From an uncultured Acidobacteriota bacterium (GTDB lineage: Bacteria > Acidobacteriota > Thermoanaerobaculia > UBA5066 > Gp7-AA6): a stretch of DNA of 64,000 nt. The notes below the pieces were generated by a model. That model was not told the origin of the DNA, made no database searches, and worked only from the letters and a program-made list of their open reading frames with translations. The position numbers and the translations under genes were made by a program. Shown one piece after another: positions 31,710 to 40,912 of this stretch. The stretch is taken from contig CAVTYD010000002.1 in the NCBI GenBank assembly GCA_963738945.1, positions 911,027 to 975,026 of the forward strand. The letters run 5' to 3'. Every line of letters begins with the position of its first letter. The stretch's first letter is position 1.

Positions 31710-33025
31710 CGGCCTGGGCGTTCCTCGCCTCGCTACTGGCCCTGCCCGTCCTCGGCCTCTCCGTCCGCCGGTGGGTGCTCCCGGGCCCCCGCAGCATCCA
31801 GGCCCTGATCGGCTTCGGCGCCTCCTCGGGCGCCGTCCTTCTCGGCGCGGAGATGCTGGTCCTGACCTGGACCGGCGTCCGCTGGTCGGCGGCGCTGCTC
31901 CTGCTGCCGGTCCTCCTTCTGCTGGTTCCGGGAAACCGCGCCCTCGGTCTCCGGCGCGCCCCCGCGGGCGAGCGAGCCGCGACGCCCGACGTCGCGTTGA
32001 TCGCGCTGACCTTCGGAGCCGTGCTCTATGCCGCGGCGACGGCCCGGGCGACGGGAGGAGATCTGCTGCTCTTCTGGGGCGCCAAGGGCGAGCGATTCGC
32101 GTTGTCCCGATCGATCGACGTCGGATTCCTGCGCGATCCGCTCCACTACCTCATGAACCCGACCTATCCGCCGCTCGTCCCACTGATCTACGCCTGGGGT
32201 TCCATGGCGGCCGGCCGACTGTCCTGGAGCGGGGCCGTCTGGACGATGCCCGTCTTCCTCGCCCTGACGGTCGGCATGTTCCATGGCTTTGCGGAGCCTT
32301 TCGTCGGCATGCGCTCGGCGACGGCGTTCGCCGCCGCCCTGGCCGCGATGCTCGGTCTCGTGATGATCTCGGTTCCGGTTGCCGGCCAGGCCGAGCCCCT
32401 TCTTCTGTACTTCGAAGCGGCTTCGCTCGTCCCGCTTCTCTTTGCGCCTTCCGACGAGACATCCTGCCTGGCCGCGGGAATCGGCCTTGCCGGCGCGGTG
32501 ATGACGAAGGTCGAGGGAGCCGTCTTCGCGCTTCTCGTCGTCTTCGCCCACCTGGCGTTCGGTCGCCGCCGCAGCCTCGCGAATCTCTCGTGCCTCGCCG
32601 GGCCGCCCCTTGTGATCGTGGCCGCGTGGCTCCTGTTCTGCCGCGCCCACGGACTCGCCAGCGTGTACCGGCTCCCCACGATGGCGGCGGCCGCGTTCCT
32701 GCCGGCGATCCTCTCGGAAATGGGGCGGCAGGCCGGCTTCGGAGTCGCCTACGCTCCCTGGATCGCGGTCCTCGCCCTCGGGATCGGAGGGAAATGGTCC
32801 CGGGAGACGTCCGTGGCGGCGACGGTCGCGCTCGGCTTCGTCGGCGCGATGATCGCGATGTACCTCGGAGCGGCCGGGGATCCGCGGCTCTGGGTCTTCT
32901 GGTCGGCGGGACGGCTCTTCATGACGCCGCTCCTCTGCTGTTTTCTCGCCGCGGTCGCGGCGCGGGGCGCGAGGATGTCTCGTTATCCGTCGGCTAATAT
33001 CCGTGCACCGCATGGCCGCGACTGA
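31706..33025 (+). CDS. polytopic membrane protein (possible GT-C-type glycosyltransferase or polymerase)
   Basis: GTG at 31706 within ORF 31373..33025. About 12 predicted TM helices. No diagnostic motif recognised. Confidence 0.55.
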   Translation: MTAWAFLASLLALPVLGLSVRRWVLPGPRSIQALIGFGASSGAVLLGAEMLVLTWTGVRWSAALLLLPVLLLLVPGNRALGLRRAPAGERAATPDVALIALTFGAVLYAAATARATGGDLLLFWGAKGERFALSRSIDVGFLRDPLHYLMNPTYPPLVPLIYAWGSMAAGRLSWSGAVWTMPVFLALTVGMFHGFAEPFVGMRSATAFAAALAAMLGLVMISVPVAGQAEPLLLYFEAASLVPLLFAPSDETSCLAAGIGLAGAVMTKVEGAVFALLVVFAHLAFGRRRSLANLSCLAGPPLVIVAAWLLFCRAHGLASVYRLPTMAAAAFLPAILSEMGRQAGFGVAYAPWIAVLALGIGGKWSRETSVAATVALGFVGAMIAMYLGAAGDPRLWVFWSAGRLFMTPLLCCFLAAVAARGARMSRYPSANIRAPHGRD

Positions 33026-34601
33026 GACCGACGACGTCCGAGGGCGGCTGGTCCGCTCGGCGTCGACGATCACGCCGCTGACGCTGGTCTCCCGGATTAC
33101 GGGGTACCTGCGCGACAAGGTCATCGCCGTGACGCTCGGGGCGGGGCTCCGCACGGACGCGTTCTTCGTGGCGTGGCGGATCCCCAACATGCTGCGGGAG
33201 ATCATCGGCGAGGGCGCGATGTCCTCGGCGGTGATCCCGGTGTACACGGGGGTCGCGCACGATCGGAGCGCCGAGGAGGCCCGGGCGTTCGTCGGCCGCG
33301 TGGTCGGAACGTTCGCCCTCATCCTGACGGGGATCACGGCGCTCGGAATCCTGGCCTCGCCGTGGCTCGTGGGGCTGCTGGCGGCGCCGTATCGAGCCGA
33401 GCCTCACAAGTTCGAGCTGACCGTGCTGCTGAACCGCTGGATTTTTCCTTACATCCTGCTCGTGTCGCTCGCGGCGCTGTGCCAGGCGCTCCTGAACGCA
33501 CACCACCGCTTCGCGGTGTCGGCGGCGGCCCCGATCTTTCTGAACGTCGCCATCATCCTCGCCGCCGTCTTCGTCTCGCCAAGGCTCGCCGAGCCAACCT
33601 ACGGCCTGGCCGCGGGCGTTCTGGTCGGCGGGTTTCTGCAGGTGGCGGTTCAGATCCCTCAACTGAGGCGGCTGAAGGCCGTCGGCCGGCCGGCGCTCGG
33701 CTGGAGCGATCCGGCGGTGCGTTCGGTGCTCCTGCTCATGTCGCCGCGCCTGCTCGCCTACGGCATCAACAGCGTCAATACGGTCGTCTCCACCCGGTTC
33801 GCCGCGAGCCTCGGCGATTCCAGCGTGTCGCACCTCTACTATGCCAACCGGCTGAAGGAGCTCGTCCTCGGAGGATTCGCGGTCTCGATTGCGACCGCGA
33901 TCCTGCCGACGCTCAGCCGTCAGGCGCTCGCCGAAGATCGCGGGCCCTTCAAGGATCACCTCGCCTTCGCGCTGCGGCTCATCGCCTTCGTGACCGTTCC
34001 GGCGAGCGTCGGCCTCATCGTGCTCAAGGTGCCGATCGTGAGGGTCCTCTTCCAGGGCGGCCGCTTCGGCACCGCCGACACGGAGGCCACCGCCGGGGTG
34101 CTCGCGACGCTGGCGCTGGGGCTCTTCTTCTTCGCGGGCATCCGGGTCGTCGTGCCGGCGTTCTACGCGCTCAAGAACACGACGCTTCCGGTGGCGGCGG
34201 CGTTCGCGGACGCGTCGGTCTTCATCCTCCTCTGCGTGCTCCTGACCAGGCCGTACGGCCTGCCGGGCATCGGAGCGGCCGCGTCGGCGGCGGCGGCGGT
34301 CAACATCGGAATCCTGCTCCTCGCCCTGCGGCGCCGGGAGGGGAGGCTTCGGGGGCGCGCCATCGCGGGCTCCCTCTGGCGGATCCTCGCCGCGTCGGCC
34401 GCGATGGGGGGCCTTCTGTGGGCCATCGGACGCGTGGTTCCGGCGGCCCTGTACGTCGGCTGGAGAGGCGCGGGAATCCTGGCGGTGGTGATCGGCGCGG
34501 CGACCGCCTGCTACTGGCTGGCGGCGCACTGGCTCGGCGCACCGGAGCCGGCGGAGCTGCGGCGGCTCACGGCGCGCCGGCGCACGAAGGGGCGCGCATG
34601 A
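33003..34601 (+). CDS. murJ: lipid II flippase MurJ (MviN)
   Basis: ORF 33003..34601. Translation LVSRITGYLRDKVIAVTLGAG..DAFFVAWRIPNMLREIIGEGAMSSA is typical. The true start may be ATG at 33012. Confidence 0.92.
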   Translation: MHRMAATETDDVRGRLVRSASTITPLTLVSRITGYLRDKVIAVTLGAGLRTDAFFVAWRIPNMLREIIGEGAMSSAVIPVYTGVAHDRSAEEARAFVGRVVGTFALILTGITALGILASPWLVGLLAAPYRAEPHKFELTVLLNRWIFPYILLVSLAALCQALLNAHHRFAVSAAAPIFLNVAIILAAVFVSPRLAEPTYGLAAGVLVGGFLQVAVQIPQLRRLKAVGRPALGWSDPAVRSVLLLMSPRLLAYGINSVNTVVSTRFAASLGDSSVSHLYYANRLKELVLGGFAVSIATAILPTLSRQALAEDRGPFKDHLAFALRLIAFVTVPASVGLIVLKVPIVRVLFQGGRFGTADTEATAGVLATLALGLFFFAGIRVVVPAFYALKNTTLPVAAAFADASVFILLCVLLTRPYGLPGIGAAASAAAAVNIGILLLALRRREGRLRGRAIAGSLWRILAASAAMGGLLWAIGRVVPAALYVGWRGAGILAVVIGAATACYWLAAHWLGAPEPAELRRLTARRRTKGRA

Positions 34602-35056
34602 AGGCCGTCGTGCAGAGGGTCTCCCGAGCGGCGGTGCGCGTCGCCGGCCGGACCGTCGGCGAGATCGAGCGCGGGTTCCTGGTGCTCCTGGGCGCGGAGA
34701 CGGGCGACGATCCGGCCCTCGCCGAGGAGGCCGCGCGCAAGATCGCCGGTCTCCGCGTCTTCGATGACGAGGCCGGGAAGATGAACCTCGCGCTCGCCGA
34801 CGTCGGGGGCGCGGTGCTCGCGGTGTCTCAATTCACGCTCGCCGCGGATCTCTCGCGCGGGCGGCGTCCGGGCTTCGAGCGCGCGCTGCGCGGCCCCGAG
34901 GCGGAGCCGCTCTACGAGCGGTTCGTCGCGGCCCTGCGCGACGCAGGCCTGACGGTCGCGACCGGAATCTTCGGCGCCTCGATGGAGGTCGAGCTCGTCA
35001 ACGACGGCCCCGCGACGTTCCTGGTGGACCTGTCCAAGCGCGAGCCGTCCGTCTAG
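34598..35056 (+). CDS. dtd: D-aminoacyl-tRNA deacylase
   Basis: ATG at 34598 (ATGA overlap). Translation MKAVVQRVSRA...GFLVLLG...SQFTLAAD...RPGF is typical. Confidence 0.93.
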   Translation: MKAVVQRVSRAAVRVAGRTVGEIERGFLVLLGAETGDDPALAEEAARKIAGLRVFDDEAGKMNLALADVGGAVLAVSQFTLAADLSRGRRPGFERALRGPEAEPLYERFVAALRDAGLTVATGIFGASMEVELVNDGPATFLVDLSKREPSV

Positions 35057-35922
35057 ACGAACCGGATCGGCGTGAGCGAGAAGCTGACGAGAAACACCGC
35101 CACGCACAGCAGCGCGACGAGCGTCCGCCCGAAGTCGAGCGGGGCGTCGTCGTCCTCGACGGGAGGGTGGCGTATGCCCATCAGCAGCGCGACGAGGAGC
35201 GGAAGGACGAGCCAGACCGACGAGCGCGTCACGCCGGCGAGGACGCACAGCCCGAGCGCGACCGCCGAGACGATCGGCTGGCGCCTGCCCAGAGCGGCGC
35301 GCAGGACGTGTCCGCCGTCGAGCTGGCCGATCGGCAGGAGGTTCAGACACGTCACCAGCAACCCGAACCATGCCGCCATGAAGGCGGGGTGCTCATGGAC
35401 GGTCGCGCTCGTGTACGGCCCGACGCCCACCCAGTGTTGCGCCCAGCGGACGATCAGCGGATATCCGAAGAGGACCTCGCCGGGCTGAGGGGGACTCGAG
35501 TTCGGCTGGGGATGGGCGGCGCCATAGAGAAGAAACGGGATCGCGGTGAAGAAGCCGGCGAGGGGCCCGGCGGCACCGACGTCGAGAAGCTGCTTCTTCC
35601 AGCGGATCGGCTCCTTGATGCGAATCACCGCGCCGAACGTGCCGATGATGTTCAGGAAGGGCGACGGGATGAAGTAGGGGAGCGTGGCCGCGAGCCCGTA
35701 TCGGCGGCACATCGCGTAGTGCCCCAGCTCGTGCACGCCGAGGATCGCGAGCAGCGGCACCGAGAAGGGAAGCCCGTCCGTGAAATGACCGTGGAGAAGC
35801 GGGCCGCCTCCGGGCGCGAACACGCCGCCCGCCAGGGTCGTCGTCACGAAGGTGGCGAGCAGAAGCCCGAGGTGAAAGAGCGGGTGCTCGAGCGTGCGGC
35901 GCCAGCCGCGCGGCGGAGGCAT
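35053..35922 (-). CDS. site-2 protease family (M50) membrane zinc metalloprotease
   Basis: Inner ATG at 35922 of ORF 35053..36507. HELGHY zinc motif, downstream NLLPIGQLDGG motif, multiple TM segments. Confidence 0.85.
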   Translation of the reverse strand: MPPPRGWRRTLEHPLFHLGLLLATFVTTTLAGGVFAPGGGPLLHGHFTDGLPFSVPLLAILGVHELGHYAMCRRYGLAATLPYFIPSPFLNIIGTFGAVIRIKEPIRWKKQLLDVGAAGPLAGFFTAIPFLLYGAAHPQPNSSPPQPGEVLFGYPLIVRWAQHWVGVGPYTSATVHEHPAFMAAWFGLLVTCLNLLPIGQLDGGHVLRAALGRRQPIVSAVALGLCVLAGVTRSSVWLVLPLLVALLMGIRHPPVEDDDAPLDFGRTLVALLCVAVFLVSFSLTPIRFV

Positions 35923-35957
35923 CGCCTCCGCGAAGGGATCGGGCGCCGGGCCGTCCA

Positions 35958-37250
35958 CTAAGCGGGGAGCGCCCGCCGCAGATCGAGGAGCAGCCGCGCG
36001 AGCGAGCTTCCGAGCGCGCTCGCCGCGATCTCGAGACCGCGGTAGTCCTCCTCCGAGAGCGGGGCGCCGAGGCGGTCCGCGTACAGGAACGCGACGAGGC
36101 GATCCTTGATGCGGACCGGGAAGACCGCGCAGCACGCCGCGGCCTTGTCGCCAAGCAGGGCGGCGAGCTTCGGCGGAATGAGGATCCGGGACAGCGGGCC
36201 CCGGTGGGGCGATCCCGAAAGCTTGACGAACGCAAAAATGGACGGCTCGCCCCAGGGGATCCGCACGCCGGAGATCTGGTCGCGCGTCAGGCCGCCGCCG
36301 CGCGCCGTCCATCCGAAAACGCCGTCCTGGCCCGACGTGAGCAGGAACGCCCGCGGCAGACGGCCGCAGACGGTTTCGAGCGTCGACTCCGCGAGCCGAT
36401 CGCGCGCCGGAGTCCGCGGGGGCTCGGCCGCGGGCGACGGCTCGGCGGCGTGGGCTTCCCACATCGACCGGACCTGCGAGTCGTCGGAGTCCTCGTCCGC
36501 CTTCCACATGCGATCGGCCATCTCGTCGGGCGTGAGGGTATGCGGCGGCGTGAACTCGGGCAGCAGGTCCGTCGCATCGGCGAGCTCGCCCGGCTGTTCG
36601 GCGGCGATGAAGGGGGCGGCATAGCTGACCGGATGAGAGACGTCGGCGTCCGCCGCCGAGGCCGGCGTCTTCGCGATGGCGATTGGCCGACCGGGCAGCG
36701 GGCTCGCGTTGACGAAGCGCCCGCGCCGGGGCGCCGGCTGGGTCGCCCGCGTCCGGTAGAGCCGCCGCTCTTCGTTGCGCTCGAGCTTGCCGAGCACGCC
36801 CCGAAACTCGATCGGGATCGGCCGGCCGTAGAAAAGGTTGAATGCCTGGAGCAGGCGGATCTCCGAGATCACGGCCGGCACGACCGGCCGGTTCGTCACG
36901 GCCGAGACCTCGTCCACCGCCGCGAGATTCGAGGGGTTCTTGAACGCGACGCGCACACCCCGCCCTTCGAGGGCGTAGGGAATCGCGGCGAGACGAACGG
37001 CGGCCCGTTCCGGGAGAAGCCGAACGACCTGGGGAGGGGCCTTCAGGACGTCGGACCAGGTCACGTAGTCGCAGCGGTGAATGACCGACAGGGCGCGCAG
37101 GAGGTTCTCTTCCGGAAGAAGATCTCGGTCGAGAAGGATCGTCCCGAGGCGGAAGGGCTCGCCCGTATGCCGCTGGAAGCCGAGCGCACTCTGCACGGCG
37201 AGTTCGGAAACGACGCCGTCCGCAACGAGAAGCTCGCCGATTCGCGGCAT
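35958..37250 (-). CDS. MshEN (T2SS-E N-terminal-like) domain protein with Pro-rich linker and GAF-like C-terminal domain; paralog 1
   Basis: ORF 35958..37250. N-terminus RIGELLVADGVVSELAVQSALGFQ matches the MshEN c-di-GMP-binding motif. No ATPase domain. C-terminal domain shared with 37566..38879. Confidence 0.8.
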   Translation of the reverse strand: MPRIGELLVADGVVSELAVQSALGFQRHTGEPFRLGTILLDRDLLPEENLLRALSVIHRCDYVTWSDVLKAPPQVVRLLPERAAVRLAAIPYALEGRGVRVAFKNPSNLAAVDEVSAVTNRPVVPAVISEIRLLQAFNLFYGRPIPIEFRGVLGKLERNEERRLYRTRATQPAPRRGRFVNASPLPGRPIAIAKTPASAADADVSHPVSYAAPFIAAEQPGELADATDLLPEFTPPHTLTPDEMADRMWKADEDSDDSQVRSMWEAHAAEPSPAAEPPRTPARDRLAESTLETVCGRLPRAFLLTSGQDGVFGWTARGGGLTRDQISGVRIPWGEPSIFAFVKLSGSPHRGPLSRILIPPKLAALLGDKAAACCAVFPVRIKDRLVAFLYADRLGAPLSEEDYRGLEIAASALGSSLARLLLDLRRALPA

Positions 37251-37270
37251 CGTGTGATTCTACAGTTTGG

Positions 37271-37540
37271 CTAAGGCAGGTCCCGCAAGTCTTTTCCCGG
37301 CTTGAACCGGATCGTGTTCCCCGGAGGAATCGAAACCTCGACGCCCGTTTTCGGATTGCGGCCGATGCCGCGCTTGCGTCGCTTCACCTGGAAGACGCCG
37401 AATCCCCGCAGCTCGATCCGGTCGCCGGCTCCGAGAGCCGAGCGCATCGCCTCGATGACCGTTTCGACGGCCGTCGCGGCCTTCGCGCGCGGAATCTGAG
37501 CGAGGTCGACCACCCGGTCCACGATGTCGGCTTTGATCAT
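37271..37540 (-). CDS. HU/IHF family DNA-binding protein
   Basis: 89 aa. RGFGVFQVKRRKRGIGRNPKTGVEVSIP is the beta-arm signature. Confidence 0.9.
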   Translation of the reverse strand: MIKADIVDRVVDLAQIPRAKAATAVETVIEAMRSALGAGDRIELRGFGVFQVKRRKRGIGRNPKTGVEVSIPPGNTIRFKPGKDLRDLP

Positions 37541-37565
37541 GATTTCCTCCGGGGTTGATCCCGGA

Positions 37566-38879
37566 TTATATAACCTGCTTTTTCTTCAATCGGATGGAGG
37601 CCGCCAGGGCCGCCGCCGCGGCGCCGGAGAGCTCACGCAGGTAAGTCAGGTCCGCCGGGGTCGCCCCCTGCGCCCCCGCACATTCCGCATACAGGAATGC
37701 CACGGTCTTGTCCCGCATCCGGACCGGCTGGACGACGCATTCGGTCGGCCACCCTCCGAGGGCCGCCGCCAGGGCGTCGTGACGAGGCAGGGGCGGGAGC
37801 GGGCCGAGATAGAAGGCCTGGCCCATGCGAACGTTCAGGAAGATGGACGGCTCGGTCCAGGGGATCAGGAGCGCCCGCAGGGCGCGCTGATCCACGCGCT
37901 CGCCGGCGCCGCTCCATCCCGCCGCCCCGTCGGAACGCGCGGCGAAGACCGCGCTGCGAGCGAAGCGCCGGCGTAGAGCGCGGAGGGCCGCGTCGAACAC
38001 GCCGTCGCGATCTCGCGCCGCGAGCATCTCGCTGAAATCGGCATTGGTCGGCATGCCGGCGACGGGAGACGGCGTCTCGTGGGCGGGGGCCGCCGCTCGG
38101 CGCCACGGAACGGGCGGATGGGGCGCGGTGGGCGTGGCGACGGGCGGCTCGGCCGGCACGGAGGCCTGCCCGGGAAGCTCCTCCCAGGGAATGGCCTCGA
38201 GATCGTCCTCGGAGCCTTCGGGCGGGGGGGGCGCCGGCTGGTTGGCCCAGCCGACCGGCGGAAGGTCCGCGACGGTCCAGATGGGCGGGGTCTGCGGCCC
38301 ATCGTCGGCCGCGGACGGCTCGACGGCGGGCTCGCCGGGCATCGGGACTCTCTCCGTCGAAAAGTCGGGCGGCGGAGGCAGGGGCTTCTTGATCACGGAC
38401 GGCGCGATCGGGCGCGACAGCTTCTCGGCGAGGATCGCGAACCGCGGCGTCCGGCGCTCGCCGTAGCACTTCTCGAGCGCCTGGTAGATGCGGACCTCGG
38501 GGGCCGCGGCGGGGACGATTTTCTTTCCGGTGACGAAGAAGAGCTCGTCGAGGATGCGGAGGTTCGAGGGATCCCGGAGGACGACGCGGACGAATCCTTC
38601 GCCGACTTCCACCGGAACGGCGGAGTGCCGGATCGCGAACTTCGCCGGAAGCGCCGCGATGACCGCGGGCGGCAGAGAGCCGAGTGTTTTCCAGGGAACG
38701 TATTCGCAGCCGTGCTGTTCGGCGAGGGCACGGCCGACGTCGTCTTCGGAGACGGAGCCTCGTTCGAGCAGAAGGGTACCGACCCGGCCGCCCGTAAATC
38801 CCTGAACGGCCAGCGCCCGGTGCACGTTCTCTTCGCTCACGGCGCCGGCTCGAACCAGCAGGACACCCAGTCGCGGCAT
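37566..38879 (-). CDS. MshEN (T2SS-E N-terminal-like) domain protein with Pro-rich linker and GAF-like C-terminal domain; paralog 2
   Basis: ORF 37566..38879. Tandem motifs RLGVLLVRAGAVSEENVHRALAVQ, spacer GFTGG, then RVGTLLLERGSVSEDDVGRALAEQ. Confidence 0.8.
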   Translation of the reverse strand: MPRLGVLLVRAGAVSEENVHRALAVQGFTGGRVGTLLLERGSVSEDDVGRALAEQHGCEYVPWKTLGSLPPAVIAALPAKFAIRHSAVPVEVGEGFVRVVLRDPSNLRILDELFFVTGKKIVPAAAPEVRIYQALEKCYGERRTPRFAILAEKLSRPIAPSVIKKPLPPPPDFSTERVPMPGEPAVEPSAADDGPQTPPIWTVADLPPVGWANQPAPPPPEGSEDDLEAIPWEELPGQASVPAEPPVATPTAPHPPVPWRRAAAPAHETPSPVAGMPTNADFSEMLAARDRDGVFDAALRALRRRFARSAVFAARSDGAAGWSGAGERVDQRALRALLIPWTEPSIFLNVRMGQAFYLGPLPPLPRHDALAAALGGWPTECVVQPVRMRDKTVAFLYAECAGAQGATPADLTYLRELSGAAAAALAASIRLKKKQVI

Positions 38880-38998
38880 TCGCTATCCGATTATCGCGTA
38901 ACCCGGAGAAGAAAGGAGCCGTTCGGCTCCCGGCCGGCGTTCTCGCTTCGAGGACAGCATAACGCCCGCGCGGGCGCGTCCGAGCGCGGCGAACGTGT

Positions 38999-39004
38999 TA
39001 TCGT
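38999..39004 (+). promoter_or_regulatory. putative extended -10 (TGtTATCGT) 6 nt upstream of the GTG at 39011
   Basis: AT-rich hexamer preceded by TGn, in the divergent intergenic region. No room for a Shine-Dalgarno sequence. Confidence 0.35.
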
Positions 39005-39010
39005 GAATCG

Positions 39011-40912
39011 GTGACGCTGACGTCCACCGCCCTCCTCCTGGTCCTCACCCTCGTCCAGCCCGCCGGCAGCCCGGACGCCCTGCTCGAGAGCCGAAAGGCG
39101 TTCCTGGCGGCCCGGTCGGCCATCGCCGACGGCCGCTACCAGGAGGCGCTGACCCTCTACCGGAAGGCGCTTTCCGTCGTCCCCGACGATCCGATCGTGC
39201 ATCTCGAATACGCCCAGCTGCTGCGGGACCTGAACGTGACCGACGAGGCGACGACTCAGGCCCGAGAGGCGGTCCGGCTGGATCCGGACCTCGCCGAAGC
39301 GCGGCGGCTGCTCGGCTCCCTCGAGCTCGCGGCCGCGGAGAAGGACCCGTCTCGCCTGCCGGCGGCGATCGAGCAGCTGTCGGCGGCCCATCGCCTCGCG
39401 CCGAACGATGCCGGGACCTCGGTGACTCTGGCGCGTGCGCTGCTCGCGGCGGACCGGGCGGCGGAAGCCGCGGCCATCCTCGACGACCTTCCCGAGCTCG
39501 GGGGCCAGCCGGCGATTCAGCGACTCACGGCGGAGGCCAAGGCCAAGAGCGGACAGTATCGCGAGGCCGAGGAGCTGTACGAGGCGCTGTGGGAGGCCGA
39601 TCCGGCCGACCGGGAGATCGCGGCCGCGCTCATCGATCTGTACGAGGACGAGGACAAGCTCGACGAAGCGCTCGCCGCTCTGGAGAAGCTGGCCGCGCGC
39701 GATTCCGAGAACCCGGCGATCGGGGAGCGGATCGTGCTCGATCTGGCCCGGGAGGGCCGTTTTCCGGAATCGGAGAAGAAGGCCCGCGAGCTCGTCGCGA
39801 AACGCCCCGAGAACCGCGCCGGGCAGCGGCTGCTCGCGACCGTGCTCTTCGAGCGGGGCAGCATCGCCGAGGGAGAAAAAATCCTGCGCGGGCTCCTCGA
39901 GTCCGATCCGGACGATCCGGTCACCCGGCGGGCTCTGGCCGCGGAGCTCGTCCGCGAGCGGCGATTCGACGAGGCGCGCGCGATGTACCAGGAGACGATT
40001 CACCGCGCCGGCGACGATCCGCGGAAGGCGGAAGCGAAGAGCGCCGCCACCATCGAGCTCGGTTTCATCGCGTACCTCGAAAAGGACTACGCGGGCGCGC
40101 GCCAGATCCTTGCGCCCCTGGCCGTCGCGGACGGGCAGGTGCAGGATCGGGCCGCCCGCATCCTGCTCGCCGCCGATCGGGACGGCGAGGACTACGCCGA
40201 CGGCAAGAAGAGCTCGGCCGCCCTGCTCGCGGCCAAACCGTCGGATCCCGAATGGCAGGCCGAGAGCGCGGAGTTCCGGTACCGGACCGGCGAGACGAAG
40301 GCCGCGGAGGAAATCCTCGATGCGCTCGGATCCTCGGGCCAGCTGGAGAAGATGATGGCGGCGGCCGACGCCTACGGACGCCTCAAGAAATACGATGCGG
40401 CCGTACGCATCGCGCGCGCGGCGGCGGCGAAGTTTCCGGAGTCCACCGACGCGCTCTTCCGGCTGGGATCGAGCCTCGAGCGGGGAGGACAGCCCGCGGA
40501 GTCGGAGAAGGTGTTCCTTCAACTGCTCGCCCTGCGGCCCAACGACGCCGCCACGCTGAACTACCTCGGCTACATGTGGGCCGACCAGGGAGTTCAGCTC
40601 GAGCGGGCGAAGGAGATGCTCGAGAAGGCCGTGGCCCGCGAGCCGCGCAACGCGGCGTATCTCGATTCGCTCGGCTGGGCGTACTTCCGGCTCGGGCAGA
40701 TCCCGGACGCCGAGAAGAACCTGCGAGAGGCCTACCGGCGCGAGCCGAGCGATCCCACGATCGAGGAGCACATCGGCGACCTCGACGCCCGGCAGGGCAA
40801 CGTCGAAGGCGCGATCCGCCACTGGGAGAAGGCCCTCGACCTGAAGTCCGAGGAGCCGGATCGCGTTCGAGAGAAGCTGCGTCGCGCCCGGGCTCCCGTG
40901 TCGCAGCGTTGA
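39011..40912 (+). CDS. exported TPR repeat protein
   Basis: ORF 39011..40912. Signal-like N-terminus followed by many TPR-like repeats (e.g. AATLNYLGYMWADQG, AAYLDSLGWAYFRLG). Confidence 0.85.
   Translation: MTLTSTALLLVLTLVQPAGSPDALLESRKAFLAARSAIADGRYQEALTLYRKALSVVPDDPIVHLEYAQLLRDLNVTDEATTQAREAVRLDPDLAEARRLLGSLELAAAEKDPSRLPAAIEQLSAAHRLAPNDAGTSVTLARALLAADRAAEAAAILDDLPELGGQPAIQRLTAEAKAKSGQYREAEELYEALWEADPADREIAAALIDLYEDEDKLDEALAALEKLAARDSENPAIGERIVLDLAREGRFPESEKKARELVAKRPENRAGQRLLATVLFERGSIAEGEKILRGLLESDPDDPVTRRALAAELVRERRFDEARAMYQETIHRAGDDPRKAEAKSAATIELGFIAYLEKDYAGARQILAPLAVADGQVQDRAARILLAADRDGEDYADGKKSSAALLAAKPSDPEWQAESAEFRYRTGETKAAEEILDALGSSGQLEKMMAAADAYGRLKKYDAAVRIARAAAAKFPESTDALFRLGSSLERGGQPAESEKVFLQLLALRPNDAATLNYLGYMWADQGVQLERAKEMLEKAVAREPRNAAYLDSLGWAYFRLGQIPDAEKNLREAYRREPSDPTIEEHIGDLDARQGNVEGAIRHWEKALDLKSEEPDRVREKLRRARAPVSQR

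Noticed and set aside
33003-33011. GTG at 33003 as the murJ start
   Set aside because: Not firmly rejected. ATG at 33012 is preceded by TAATAT (32994..32999) at about 12 nt, which fits the short-leader pattern seen elsewhere, and GTG at 33003 would lie only 3 nt from that box. I kept the listed ORF coordinates and flagged the uncertainty.
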